From NCBI GenBank assembly GCA_963580875.1, contig CAUZMC010000001.1, positions 793 through 64,792 on the forward strand: a stretch of 64,000 nt of DNA, given 5' to 3'. The translations under genes were made by a program, and so were the position numbers. Below the pieces are notes generated by a model that was given only the letters and a program-made list of their open reading frames with translations, did no database searches and had not been told where the DNA came from. Each line of letters starts with the position of its first letter. Position 1 is the first letter of the stretch. Source of the DNA: Dehalococcoidia bacterium. GTDB lineage: Bacteria > Chloroflexota > Dehalococcoidia > Lucifugimonadales > UBA2985. Below are positions 1 through 9,738 of this stretch, piece by piece.

Positions 1-982
1 TATCTACGAGTTCCAGTCACTTGTGTGTCAGGTCATGGGTATGGAGGTAGCTAACTCAGGAATGTACGATGGTGCCACGGCGCTGGCAGAGGCGGCCCTA
101 ATGGCATGCCGGATCACTGGTAAGAGACGTATTGCCGTCCTAGATACTGTGTCACCCACGTATTTGTCTGTGATGAAGACATACACGGAACCGCAGGGCC
201 TTGAGATTTACAATGTAAATTCTGCTTCTCTTCACGTAGAGGACGATAGTGCATGCGTTATAGTACAGCATCCAAATTCCTACGGTTACCTGGAAAAACT
301 AGAAGTTCTTGGTAGGATGGCGCACGAAAGGAATGCCCTGCTGGTGGTCTCTACTGACGCAGTATTTTTGGGCATGTTCCGATCTCCTGGTGAGAGCGGA
401 GCGGATATTGCCGTTGCAGAAGGACAACCGTTGGGAGTAGCTTTGAGCTATGGAGGCCCGTATGTTGGGCTCTTCACCTGCAAAACTGAGTTTTTGAGGC
501 AGATGCCAGGTCGTATCGTCGGGAAGACGATTGATACTCATGGACGTGACGGCTACGTTCTTACCCTTCAAACTAGGGAGCAACACATTCGCCGTGAGCG
601 GGCCACCTCCAACATCTGCACCAGTGAAGCCCTAATTGGCACGGCTGTAGTGGCCTATCTGGCATGCATGGGGAAAGTTGGACTGAGACATATCGCTGAA
701 CTGACGTATCATAAAGCCCACTACGCAGCGTCCATTATAAGCCAGATTCCAGGTTACTCCCTTCCTATTGACGGAACGTTCTTCCAGGAATTTGTGGTGC
801 AATGTCCAATCACATCGGAAGAGGTGAACCGGAGTCTCTTGAAAGAGGGAATAATCGGAGGGGTGGATGTCAGTGACAGAATTCCGAATGGGCTGCTTCT
901 ATGTGTAACTGAGATGAACACCCGCCAAGAGATCGAGGATCTGGTAGAGACATTGACGAGAATTGCTCAGAGCTGTAAATGA
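1..982 (+). CDS. gcvPA: Glycine dehydrogenase (decarboxylating) subunit 1, C-terminal part (5' end lies outside the window)
   Basis: The frame is open from nt 2. The translation IYEFQSLVCQVMGMEVANSGMYDGATALAEA matches the conserved P-protein alpha-subunit core. The TGA stop at 980-982 overlaps the next gene's ATG. Confidence 0.9.
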   Translation, partial: IYEFQSLVCQVMGMEVANSGMYDGATALAEAALMACRITGKRRIAVLDTVSPTYLSVMKTYTEPQGLEIYNVNSASLHVEDDSACVIVQHPNSYGYLEKLEVLGRMAHERNALLVVSTDAVFLGMFRSPGESGADIAVAEGQPLGVALSYGGPYVGLFTCKTEFLRQMPGRIVGKTIDTHGRDGYVLTLQTREQHIRRERATSNICTSEALIGTAVVAYLACMGKVGLRHIAELTYHKAHYAASIISQIPGYSLPIDGTFFQEFVVQCPITSEEVNRSLLKEGIIGGVDVSDRIPNGLLLCVTEMNTRQEIEDLVETLTRIAQSCK

Positions 983-2466
983 GAGAAGATACAAGAAATA
1001 TGGAGCGTAACCGACGCTTGTTGATGGAGCGAAGTGCTCCAGGAAGGATTGGGGTCGCTCTGCCCGCACTGGATGTGCCTTTACAGCCTCTTCCTTCAGA
1101 GGAACAGTTAAGGGACTACTTGGAACTTCCGGAGGTGAGCGAGGGTGAGGTTGTGAGGTACTTTACAAGCTTGAGTCAGATGAACTTCTCTGTGGATACC
1201 AATTTCTATCCGTTGGGTAGCTGCACCATGAAGTACAACCCAAAGATCAACGATGAGGTGGCTGGATTTCCGGGGTTCTCGCAGATTCACCCATTGCAGC
1301 CGGAAGAAACCGTCCAGGGAGCATTGAAACTCGCTTTTCAGCTTCAGGGGTTTATGTCCGAGATTGTTGGTATGGAAGCCACAAGTTTGGCTACTATGGC
1401 CGGTGCACAGGGAGAGTTGGCAGGCATGCTTATGATACGTGCTTATCACCGGTCACATGGAGATGAGTCCCGTAGGACAGTTCTAGTGCCAGATAGCGCC
1501 CACGGCACAAACCCGGCTTCTGCTGCCATGTGCGGCTTCCATGTTGTGAGCATACCATCCGACGCCAGAGGCAACATGGATGTAGATGCCCTCAGAGAGG
1601 CATGCGATTCTGAGACGGCTGGTCTTATGCTCACCTTACCAAATACCCTTGGACTCTTCGATACCAACATTCTGGAGATATGTCGCGTCGTGCATGAAGC
1701 GGGAGGGCTGGTATATGGTGATGGCGCAAACATGAATGCCATGCTGGGCCAGACAAAGCTGGGTGAACTGGGCTTCGACGTGTTGCACATTAACCTCCAT
1801 AAAACTTTTAGCACTCCACACGGAGGAGGAGGCCCTGGTGCAGGGCCTGTGTCTGCCAATTCAATTCTAGCTCCGTTCTTAGCTTCACCAGTGATTGAGA
1901 AGGTGACAGCCAGCGATAGCGATGAAGAGGTTTACCGTCTAGCAGAGCCAGAGCAAAGCATTGGTAAGACAGCGGCATTCCACGGCAACTTTGGGATGCT
2001 GGTCAGGGCCTATACTTACATTCGTGGTCTCGGAGCCGAAGGATTGAGGGAGATAAGCGATAACGCCGTCATCAATGCTAACTATATACTCAATGCCCTG
2101 AAGGATTATTACCATCTCCCATACGACCGTTCATGTATGCATGAGGTGGTCTTTTCAGCGAAGACCCAGAAGGTGGTCGGAGTAAGTGCCCTTGATGTTG
2201 CTAAGCGTCTCATAGACTACGGCATTCATCCGCCTACCATGTATTTTCCTCTGATTGTTGAGGAAGCCTTGATGATAGAGCCAACGGAGACTGAGAGCAA
2301 GGAGACTCTGGACTACTTTATCCAGGTGATGAAAGACATTGCCATGGAGGCAAATGAAGATGCACAAGTGTTGAAAGATGCACCTCACTACACACCAAAC
2401 AGTCGATTGGACGAAGCTAGAGCCGCTCGCAGGCCTGACCTTCGCTGGAAACCCTCAGAGGATTAA
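979..2466 (+). CDS. gcvPB: Glycine dehydrogenase (decarboxylating) subunit 2
   Basis: 495-aa ORF with an ATGA overlap onto gcvPA. It carries the PLP-lysine region 'HINLHKTFSTPHGGGGPG' and 'PDSAHGTNPASA', typical of GcvPB. An alternative ATG at 1000 is possible. Confidence 0.92.
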   Translation: MREDTRNMERNRRLLMERSAPGRIGVALPALDVPLQPLPSEEQLRDYLELPEVSEGEVVRYFTSLSQMNFSVDTNFYPLGSCTMKYNPKINDEVAGFPGFSQIHPLQPEETVQGALKLAFQLQGFMSEIVGMEATSLATMAGAQGELAGMLMIRAYHRSHGDESRRTVLVPDSAHGTNPASAAMCGFHVVSIPSDARGNMDVDALREACDSETAGLMLTLPNTLGLFDTNILEICRVVHEAGGLVYGDGANMNAMLGQTKLGELGFDVLHINLHKTFSTPHGGGGPGAGPVSANSILAPFLASPVIEKVTASDSDEEVYRLAEPEQSIGKTAAFHGNFGMLVRAYTYIRGLGAEGLREISDNAVINANYILNALKDYYHLPYDRSCMHEVVFSAKTQKVVGVSALDVAKRLIDYGIHPPTMYFPLIVEEALMIEPTETESKETLDYFIQVMKDIAMEANEDAQVLKDAPHYTPNSRLDEARAARRPDLRWKPSED

Positions 2467-2473
2467 TTACACA

Positions 2474-3997
2474 ATGAAAGTGGTTTCTTCTGCAGAAAAA
2501 AGAACAGCTCGGTTTGTAGAACAGTTTGGCGACATGTTGCGTGATCGTCGGCTGATACTTGTAAGCAATAGAGGGCCTGTGGAATATCAACTTTCACCTG
2601 AGGATAACCTTCAGGCTCGTCATGGCAGTGGTGGAGTAGTAACTGCTCTCAGCACTCTGATAGATTACGTTGATTTCACTTGGGTTTCAAGTGCCATGGG
2701 AGAAGGGGATCGTCGTGTTGCAAAGCAAGCAGAGGATGGAAGGGTCAAGTCTCCTCTGACAGGGCAGAAACTCTATTTGAGGTACGTTGTCACACCAAGA
2801 CGTGTGTACCACAAATTCTACAATATATTCTGTAACCCACTTCTCTGGTTTCTTCAGCATTATATGTGGAGTTCCACATATACTCCTAATGTGGACGAAT
2901 CTGTATATGATGCCTGGGCGACGGGATATATCCCGGTCAATCGGTCATTTGCAGATGCAGTATTGGAAGAGGCCAAGCATAGCGTGTTACCTCCCTACGT
3001 CATGCTTCACGATTATCACCTCTATCTCGTTCCAGGAATGGTACGAGAGTCTTTGCCGGAAGCCATAATACAGCACTTTCTACATATTCCGTGGCCGGAA
3101 ACAGTTTATTGGCAGATGATCCCGGCCTTTATGCGAACTGCCATCTGTGAAAGCCTCTGTGCTAGCGACATAATAGGATTTCAAACGTTACGGGACGTAC
3201 GTAGTTTCCTGCATAGTTGCGAAATATTCATAGATGAGTGTACTGTTGATCATAAGAAATGTACGGTTACCTTGAATGGGCGGGAAACATCAGTCCGGTG
3301 CTATCCCATCTCCATAGATGTAGAAGAGGTGAAGGAGATTGCCAACTCTCCTAGGGCATTGGAATACGAGAAGAAGCTCAAACCTCTATTGGGTGAGAAA
3401 ACTATTATTAGGGTGGATCGCGTGGAGCCCAACAAGAACATTCTCAGGGGTTTCAGAGCCTATCGTCTTTTTCTGGAACGGAACAAGGATTTCATTGGGA
3501 AGGTTAAATTCCTAGCATTTCTTGTCCCGTCGAGGACACACATAAGGCAGTACCAAAGATACCTTCAGGAAGTGGATGCCCTGGTTGCTGAGATCAATCA
3601 GGACTTCGGCACCGAGGACTGGCAACCCATAACAGTCTTTTACGAGAACAACTATATACAAGCTATGGCTGCAATGAAACTATACGACGTTCTTTTGGTC
3701 AACTCCGTAATAGATGGAATGAACCTGGTGGCTAAAGAGGGTCCAGTGGTCAACTCTCAGAGCGGCATAGTAGTCCTCTCGGAGACTGCCGGTGCATACG
3801 CTCAACTACATGAGGGTGTTTTGGCTGTGGCTGCTGCAGATGTGGAAGGCACAGCTCAGGCCCTCTACCAAGCCATAACAGCATCCTTAGAAGACAGAGA
3901 GAAGCGTGCCAACATGCTTGTTCAGAAGATAGAAAAAGAGGACATAATCTACTGGATGGAATCACAGATAGAGGATATGAAGTCCCTGGTCAGCTAG
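2474..3997 (+). CDS. GT20-family glycosyltransferase (trehalose-6-phosphate synthase / glucosylglycerol-phosphate synthase-like)
   Basis: The track ORF is trimmed to ATG 2474, which lies 7 nt after the gcvPB stop. 'LILVSNRGPVEY', 'GSGGVVTAL' and 'FCNPLLWFLQHYMW' correspond to OtsA/GgpS N-terminal signature motifs. The sugar acceptor cannot be decided from sequence. Confidence 0.75.
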   Translation: MKVVSSAEKRTARFVEQFGDMLRDRRLILVSNRGPVEYQLSPEDNLQARHGSGGVVTALSTLIDYVDFTWVSSAMGEGDRRVAKQAEDGRVKSPLTGQKLYLRYVVTPRRVYHKFYNIFCNPLLWFLQHYMWSSTYTPNVDESVYDAWATGYIPVNRSFADAVLEEAKHSVLPPYVMLHDYHLYLVPGMVRESLPEAIIQHFLHIPWPETVYWQMIPAFMRTAICESLCASDIIGFQTLRDVRSFLHSCEIFIDECTVDHKKCTVTLNGRETSVRCYPISIDVEEVKEIANSPRALEYEKKLKPLLGEKTIIRVDRVEPNKNILRGFRAYRLFLERNKDFIGKVKFLAFLVPSRTHIRQYQRYLQEVDALVAEINQDFGTEDWQPITVFYENNYIQAMAAMKLYDVLLVNSVIDGMNLVAKEGPVVNSQSGIVVLSETAGAYAQLHEGVLAVAAADVEGTAQALYQAITASLEDREKRANMLVQKIEKEDIIYWMESQIEDMKSLVS

Positions 3998-4454
3998 TGA
4001 GTCCTTCAGTATCGGTATCGCTCTCAAGAATAAGATCAGCATCTTTTTTCATGCTATAAGGGGCGTAATGGTCAAGAATACCCCTCCCCACCAGAGCCAG
4101 TCAACTGCAAATACCCTATGCCGTGAGACCGTGGAGCGTTTTAAACGCGTACACATCCAGTATATATCCAACACATAGAGATATCTCCTTAAGTCAGTAT
4201 TCTACAACTAGCTTGCCACTTATCCATATTTCTAGGCCGTTGGTAGCTACGTAAATCGCTCAATCTATGCTAAGCATATTCTTGGTCTGGGTACCGTTCT
4301 GTTATGGACTGTCACATCAGAGCTTGAGGTCTCAGCTATCTATCATGTCACATTGTCTTAATAGATGCCCGGCCCATACCTTATGTTCATGCTCTGTGAT
4401 ACTCGATAGCGCGTTATATTGCAATGAGGTCAGTGCAGGTATTTTGAGTAATGA

Positions 4455-5237
4455 CTAGTCGTAATCCTCGTCGTCGTCATCATCCTCGTCATCATCTTGT
4501 TGAGGTGAGGCTCCTGGTAAAGATAGCCTTGGTAATAACCCGTTGGACTGGTCATGTTTTGTCTTACGTGGAGGAAGTCCGTCTATGGCATCTCGTACCT
4601 GGATGGCGTCTTCCAGTTTCATGATCCTCATATCTACGACGATTCCTTGAATACCAACGTCCTGCAGAACGACCATTTCATTTCGGTTCAAAGTTTGTGC
4701 ACGTACAAGAAGAATGGGTTTGGAAGTCAGGTCTCTTATGGAGCGGATCTGCATAAGGTCCTTCACTGACATTGGTAAGTTTTCTTCCAGTCCGGTAAGG
4801 AGTACAGCATCCACTGGTATCTCCTCAAGAGAGTGTCCAAGCTCCTCCGGGAACCCGACCGGTATGGTTATTAACTTACCCAAATTCTCTTCAGCAAGTA
4901 CCTCCACATTGGTGTCTAGACTGGAGAATATGAAAAAATCTCCGCCTCCACCTTTGAGGGCATCAAGGGAGTCTTTTGTTAGAGTATCAGGCCACAACCC
5001 CCATGGGTAATCTCCCCACATGTCCTTTGCTGCCTTGAGTTCTGGTTTTCCCACCTTGCTCCCGACAACAATGTAGGAGTCCGCTTTTAGTTGAGCACTG
5101 GATATTGTTGGCTTTGTTCCGGATAGAGCTACGAGCACCAAAGAAGGAGCTTTATTGGCAGCACGGTTGACTCCGAAACCAATAGGTACCGGTGTAAACA
5201 TGCCTACTTTTTCAAGGCGCTCAATCAGCTTGCTCAT
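4455..5237 (-). CDS. Hypothetical protein with a poly-acidic C-terminal tail
   Basis: 260-aa ORF with an ATG start and coding-like composition. I recognise no family. The C-terminus is 'QQDDDEDDDDDEDYD'. It lies downstream of, and on the same strand as, two desulforedoxin-like micro-ORFs. Confidence 0.6.
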   Translation of the reverse strand: MSKLIERLEKVGMFTPVPIGFGVNRAANKAPSLVLVALSGTKPTISSAQLKADSYIVVGSKVGKPELKAAKDMWGDYPWGLWPDTLTKDSLDALKGGGGDFFIFSSLDTNVEVLAEENLGKLITIPVGFPEELGHSLEEIPVDAVLLTGLEENLPMSVKDLMQIRSIRDLTSKPILLVRAQTLNRNEMVVLQDVGIQGIVVDMRIMKLEDAIQVRDAIDGLPPRKTKHDQSNGLLPRLSLPGASPQQDDDEDDDDDEDYD

Positions 5238-5367
5238 GAGTATCTCCTAAAGGGAATTAACCGCACAGACAAATCTAAGCCATCCCAAAGCGATGCCTTG
5301 AAATGGTCGTTGAATCTTGCAGGGGTGTGCCAGCTTAGTACAGGAAGTATCTGTGTTTCCTGGGAAT

Positions 5368-5511
5368 TTAGTCTGAGGAGGGTAGTCTCTTCGCATCCTG
5401 AAGTGCCATCTCTTTGTCGCAACACAATGTGGGACCCTCACCAGCCTTGGTACATAGGGCTACGGTGCCACACGTATCACATTGATATCTTTTACCAAGT
5501 TCATTTGCCAT
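5368..5511 (-). CDS. Desulforedoxin-like small metal-binding protein (47 aa)
   Basis: Translated by hand; it is below the 60-aa ORF-track cut-off. The sequence is MANELGKRYQCDTCGTVALCTKAGEGPTLCCDKEMALQDAKRLPSSD. The C-x2-C-x15-C-C spacing and the flanking residues (GxxYxCxxCG...G.G.L.CC...M) match desulforedoxin and the N-terminal domain of desulfoferrodoxin. GGAGG lies 8 nt upstream of the ATG. Confidence 0.7.
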   Translation of the reverse strand: MANELGKRYQCDTCGTVALCTKAGEGPTLCCDKEMALQDAKRLPSSD

Positions 5512-5557
5512 GTCAAACCTCCGCCCTTTTCCCTAGGGCATCCGGGAATAAAGGTAT

Positions 5558-5674
5558 CTACTTTTGCTGTACAGGCTCTCCGTGGCATGACATTTCTCCA
5601 TTGCCTGCCGTGGTAACTATGAACTCAGAGCCGCAACTCTTGCAGAAATATCTCTTACCTGACTGGTTTGCCAA
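5558..5674 (-). CDS. Desulforedoxin-like small protein, Cys-to-His variant (38 aa, TTG start)
   Basis: Translated by hand as (M)ANQSGKRYFCKSCGSEFIVTTAGNGEMSCHGEPVQQK. It is a paralogue of the neighbouring micro-ORF: same N-terminus (MAN..GKRY.C) and same C-x2-C-x15 spacing, but the final CC is replaced by CH. GGAGGA lies 5 nt upstream of the TTG. Confidence 0.55.
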   Translation of the reverse strand: MANQSGKRYFCKSCGSEFIVTTAGNGEMSCHGEPVQQK

Positions 5675-5838
5675 CTCTATCCTCCATAATTATAACTTCA
5701 AGTGCATTATAGCTTTCGGATTAGCCTGGGTCAACTAGACAAGACAGCGTTTTAAGCATGAACATCGGTGTTTGTAGCAATGCCTTTGGAATTGAAAAGG
5801 CAGACATGTAAAGGATTGGTCTGATATGATGTTTACGT

Positions 5839-6732
5839 ATGACATCATCTTCAGAAACTAAAGAGAGCCCTCATCAGCGCCTACCTCCATGGTTTAAGGT
5901 GACGATGCCTGGAGGGGCCAACTACATTGAGGTGCAGAACTTGCTGCAGCAGGGCGAGCTGCATACCGTTTGCGAAGAAGCTCATTGCCCCAACATTGGG
6001 GAATGCTGGGAAAACCGTAGTGCAACTTTCATGGTTCTGGGCGACATCTGTACGCGTGCATGTCGCTATTGCGCTGTGACCACAGGTAAACCACTGGCCG
6101 TCGATATTGAGGAACCTCAACGCTTGGCCCGTACGGTTGAACGTCTTGGTCTGCGTTATTGCGTTATAACTTCGGTAGATCGGGACGATCTTCCTGACGG
6201 AGGGGCCTTCATCATCGCACAGTGCATTAAGCAGATTCGTCAAAGGTTGCCTGAGTGCCAGGTAGAAGTGCTCATACCTGACTTTCAGGGTTCGAGGTCG
6301 GCTCTTAATACGGTTATGCGTGCCGTTCCTGATGTTCTCAACCATAATATAGAGACTGTTGAGCGGATCTTCCACTCGGTCCGTCCGAGGGGAGATTACA
6401 GGCAGTCCTTGGAGTTACTGGCTACGGCCAGGGAGATAGCACCAAATGCCGTGACCAAATCTGGGATGATGGTCGGTCTTAGCGAGGAATGGGATGAAAT
6501 AGTCCGGACTATGAAGGACCTCCGCTCTGTTGATTGTGATCTCCTCACCATAGGCCAGTACTTGAGGCCGTCTAACAAGCATGTTCCAATATCTAGGTTT
6601 TACACTCCACAAGAATTTGAAGGCCTGCGAAAAGAAGGGGAACGTCTCGGTTTTCGCCACGTTGCATCCGGACCTCTTGTACGCAGTTCCTATCACGCAG
6701 AGGAGCAGTTCGTCACAGCCCGTCGCTCCTGA
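5839..6732 (+). CDS. lipA: Lipoyl synthase
   Basis: Carries both cluster motifs, 'CEEAHCPNIGECW' and the radical-SAM 'CTRACRYCAV'. The length of 297 aa fits. Confidence 0.95.
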   Translation: MTSSSETKESPHQRLPPWFKVTMPGGANYIEVQNLLQQGELHTVCEEAHCPNIGECWENRSATFMVLGDICTRACRYCAVTTGKPLAVDIEEPQRLARTVERLGLRYCVITSVDRDDLPDGGAFIIAQCIKQIRQRLPECQVEVLIPDFQGSRSALNTVMRAVPDVLNHNIETVERIFHSVRPRGDYRQSLELLATAREIAPNAVTKSGMMVGLSEEWDEIVRTMKDLRSVDCDLLTIGQYLRPSNKHVPISRFYTPQEFEGLRKEGERLGFRHVASGPLVRSSYHAEEQFVTARRS

Positions 6733-6748
6733 CGACAGCCATAATTTT

Positions 6749-8296
6749 ATGTCTTGGGCTGTTCCAGATATTCTTCTTCGTAACGCGATTGTAATTACTT
6801 TGGATCCTGCTATGCCGCGCGCTTCCTGGATAGCTATAGATCATGGCAAGATAGTCGATGTGGGTGTGGGCGAGCCTAGCATTGACGCAGGCGGTTTTAC
6901 GAAAATCATCGATTGTCGTGGCGGTACGTTGATACCAGGCTTCAATGACGCTCACTGTCACGTGCTTGCAACTGTCGCTTCACTGTTGTCGGTGGATTGC
7001 AGTCCAGCGTCCGTATCCTCTATCGAAGACATTCAGCAGAAACTGCGTGAGCGTTCCCGTTATGCCCACATGGATACATGGATACGAGGGACTGGATACA
7101 ATGAGTTTTACTTGAAGGAAAAGCGGCATCTAACACGCTGGGATCTTGACCAGGCGGTTACAGATCACCCCGTAAGACTTCTTCACCGATCAGGGCATGC
7201 GATGGTACTCAACAGCATGGCATTAGAGCTGGCGTCCATAGATGGAGGCACACAGGACCCTCCAAGCGGCGTGATAGAGCGGCAACAGGGCACAGGGGAA
7301 CCCAATGGGCTTCTCCTAGAGATGAATGATTACCTTGATGGAGTGATACCGCCTTTGTCTCAGGCCGAAATGGATATTGGCGTCGGTCAATTCAATGAGA
7401 AATGCCTTGCCCTCGGAATCACTTCACTTCAAGATGCTACTCCTGGGAATAACATGGAACGTTGGAAGTTCTTTGACAGACTTAAGAAACGTGACTTGCT
7501 TATTCCGTCTGTGACATTCATGGCGGGAGTCAGCTACTTACCGCAGTTCCTAGAAGAAGGATTCACATTCGGTTATGGGGCGAAAGGGCTTCGACTTGGT
7601 GCGGTAAAAATAATGGTCACAATGACAGCAGGGTCGCTCAGTCCGTCTAGAGATGAATTGCACAGGCTTGTGAAAGAGACACACCTATGCGGCTTTCAGG
7701 TTGCCATTCACGCCGTGGAGGCAGAGGCAGTGGAGGAGGCCGCAGAAGCCATTCATTTTGCTATTGGAGATAACGTATTTAACGAACTTCGACATCGTAT
7801 CGAACACTGCTCCGAGTGCCCGACTCATATCATAGAGAAACTGGTGCACAACGGCATAATCGTGGCCACACAACCTGGATTCTTATACCACAACGGGGAA
7901 CGCTATCTGGCCGATGTTCCTAGCGACAGGCTGCCTTGGCTATATCCAATAGGCTCTATGATGGCCAACGGGATACCGGTGGCCGCTGCCTCAGATGCCC
8001 CTGTTATTCCCATGAATCCACTTGTGGGGATATATGCCGCGGTAACTCGCAGGGCGGAATCTGGCGACACTGTGCTTCCAGGCGAATCTGTGAGTGTGGA
8101 GGATGCATTGCGTATGTATACATTGGGAAGTGCATACGCGTCATTTGAAGAACATGTTATTGGCTCCATTGCAAATGGCAAACGGGCAGACCTGGTGCTT
8201 TTGGACAGAGATCCAATGGCTGTTGGCGTAGAAGGAATTAAAGAGATCAATGTACTTATGACGATGGTGATGGGTAAAGTGGTATTTGAGAAGTAA
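6749..8296 (+). CDS. Metal-dependent amidohydrolase (Amidohydro_3 / YtcJ-like)
   Basis: The track ORF is trimmed to ATG 6749, after the lipA stop. Motifs are 'PGFNDAHCHV', 'AIHAVEAEA', 'RIEHCSE' and 'AAASDAPV', typical of the amidohydrolase superfamily. The substrate is unknown. Confidence 0.8.
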   Translation: MSWAVPDILLRNAIVITLDPAMPRASWIAIDHGKIVDVGVGEPSIDAGGFTKIIDCRGGTLIPGFNDAHCHVLATVASLLSVDCSPASVSSIEDIQQKLRERSRYAHMDTWIRGTGYNEFYLKEKRHLTRWDLDQAVTDHPVRLLHRSGHAMVLNSMALELASIDGGTQDPPSGVIERQQGTGEPNGLLLEMNDYLDGVIPPLSQAEMDIGVGQFNEKCLALGITSLQDATPGNNMERWKFFDRLKKRDLLIPSVTFMAGVSYLPQFLEEGFTFGYGAKGLRLGAVKIMVTMTAGSLSPSRDELHRLVKETHLCGFQVAIHAVEAEAVEEAAEAIHFAIGDNVFNELRHRIEHCSECPTHIIEKLVHNGIIVATQPGFLYHNGERYLADVPSDRLPWLYPIGSMMANGIPVAAASDAPVIPMNPLVGIYAAVTRRAESGDTVLPGESVSVEDALRMYTLGSAYASFEEHVIGSIANGKRADLVLLDRDPMAVGVEGIKEINVLMTMVMGKVVFEK

Positions 8297-8350
8297 GCGT
8301 ATCGCAATGGTTATTATCTTTCAGTATTGAAGGGACTTATTTAAGAGGGT

Positions 8351-8674
8351 ATGCTTCGCTGGTTCAGTGGTGGCTGTTGTATCAATAGGATGAAAGGAAA
8401 TGGCAACGCTATGGAAAAGAATGAGTATGCGGAGATTCAATTGGTGCAAGAAGCGGTAGAAAACTGGGAGAGCATGGATGAAGTTGAGGAAATAGGGACG
8501 CGTGAAATATTTATTGGTGTCACAGAAGAGCGAGCGTTCCTCTCACGTATCATGTTTAGGGATATGGATAGGCCTGTTTATATCGAGGTGCGCCTGCTAA
8601 GGGAAGAAGCAGAGGAGCAAGAAGGTGAAATGGAGTTTATGTTTGAGAACGGGCAGCCAGTAATTTGGCAATAA
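8351..8674 (+). CDS. Hypothetical small acidic protein
   Basis: ORF only, with no recognisable family. The likely start is further in, at ATG 8390 or 8411 (MEKNEYAEIQ...). The protein is Glu-rich. Confidence 0.35.
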   Translation: MLRWFSGGCCINRMKGNGNAMEKNEYAEIQLVQEAVENWESMDEVEEIGTREIFIGVTEERAFLSRIMFRDMDRPVYIEVRLLREEAEEQEGEMEFMFENGQPVIWQ

Positions 8675-8721
8675 CTTTTGATGCTTTTGTGCGTTGGTGA
8701 AATGATTGGTTCTAGCAGTAA

Positions 8722-9717
8722 TTAGTAACGCCGCTCCATGACGTATGAGGCCAGGGTCGTCAGTGAGTGTTTGTAGGAGGAGTCAGGAAGTGAATCAAGT
8801 GCCTGAGTGGCTTTGGAGCAAAGGTCGGCGGCTACGGCATATGACTGTGGGATTATATCAGAGGTTTGGATCATCTCAATGGCCCTTTGCAGACTGCCGT
8901 CAGCCTCTCTGTTTTCGGATTCTTTGAACCTTTCAAAATTTTCTTTGATGGGGTTGTCGTCTGGATATCGCTCCATGAGCATTATAGACGGCAGTGTGAT
9001 TGTGCCCTGCAGTAGGTCATTCCCAACTGGTTTACCAATTTCTTCCTCTGTGCCTTGGAAGTCTAAGATGTCGTCTACAATTTGGAATGCCATTCCGAGG
9101 TTGTATCCGTAGGATTTGAGAGACTGCACCAGGCTTTCCGGCGCGCCGCTCAGGACTGCACCAGACTCCGCGGCGGTGGAGAATAGGGATGCGGTCTTGT
9201 CGTAGATTCTCTGCCAGTAAGTATTCCGTGAGATATTCCAGTTGAAGGCGGAAGATATCTCCGAAAGTTCGCCGCTTGATAGCTCCATGATGGTCTCGGA
9301 GAAGCGCCGAATGACCCTTACGTTGTTGGTATCGCAGACCATTGTGGCCGATGTAGCGAAGACGTAGTCGCCGAGGAGAATAGCCACGTTTTCGCCCCAC
9401 TTGGTGCTGACAGTGGCTTTTCCACGGCGCACAGCAGAGTTATCCACAGTGTCGTCGTGTATCAGGGTAGCTATGTGCAAAAGCTCCACAGAGGCGGCCA
9501 TTATTATTGGGAGATCGTTGTCATTAGGGTGGAACTTGGATGCCAAGATAGTGATGGCGGGACGTGTGCGTTTCCCTGGGGCTTCCAATATATGACCAAG
9601 TAGCTCCACGAGAAGCGACGGTTCTGCCACAGAACTCTGGTTGCCTATAGCGCTAAGCTTCTCTTCGACAGCTTCCAGCTCGTCTTGTATTTGTTCGTAT
9701 ATGGAGAGTGTGTTCAA
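8722..9717 (-). CDS. Long-chain trans-polyprenyl diphosphate synthase
   Basis: The first and second Asp-rich motifs are present: 'LIHDDTVD' and 'QIVDDILD'. The length of 331 aa fits. Confidence 0.88.
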   Translation of the reverse strand: MNTLSIYEQIQDELEAVEEKLSAIGNQSSVAEPSLLVELLGHILEAPGKRTRPAITILASKFHPNDNDLPIIMAASVELLHIATLIHDDTVDNSAVRRGKATVSTKWGENVAILLGDYVFATSATMVCDTNNVRVIRRFSETIMELSSGELSEISSAFNWNISRNTYWQRIYDKTASLFSTAAESGAVLSGAPESLVQSLKSYGYNLGMAFQIVDDILDFQGTEEEIGKPVGNDLLQGTITLPSIMLMERYPDDNPIKENFERFKESENREADGSLQRAIEMIQTSDIIPQSYAVAADLCSKATQALDSLPDSSYKHSLTTLASYVMERRY

Positions 9718-9738
9718 TGTTTTCCTAAGTTTTCTGCT

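Noticed and set aside
4267-4458. 63-aa ORF in the convergent GT20/hypothetical-gene spacer.
   Set aside because: It is Cys/Ser/Leu-rich with no RBS, overlaps the stop region of the minus-strand gene, and is very unlikely to be coding.
5234-5738. Track ORFs 5298..5738 (+, 146 aa), 5234..5425 (-) and 5247..5441 (-), which overlap the desulforedoxin-like micro-ORFs.
   Set aside because: They have no recognisable motifs or RBS and a Cys/Trp-rich, low-complexity composition typical of antisense or off-frame shadows. The two short minus-strand ORFs, with clear family motifs and SD sequences, explain the region better.
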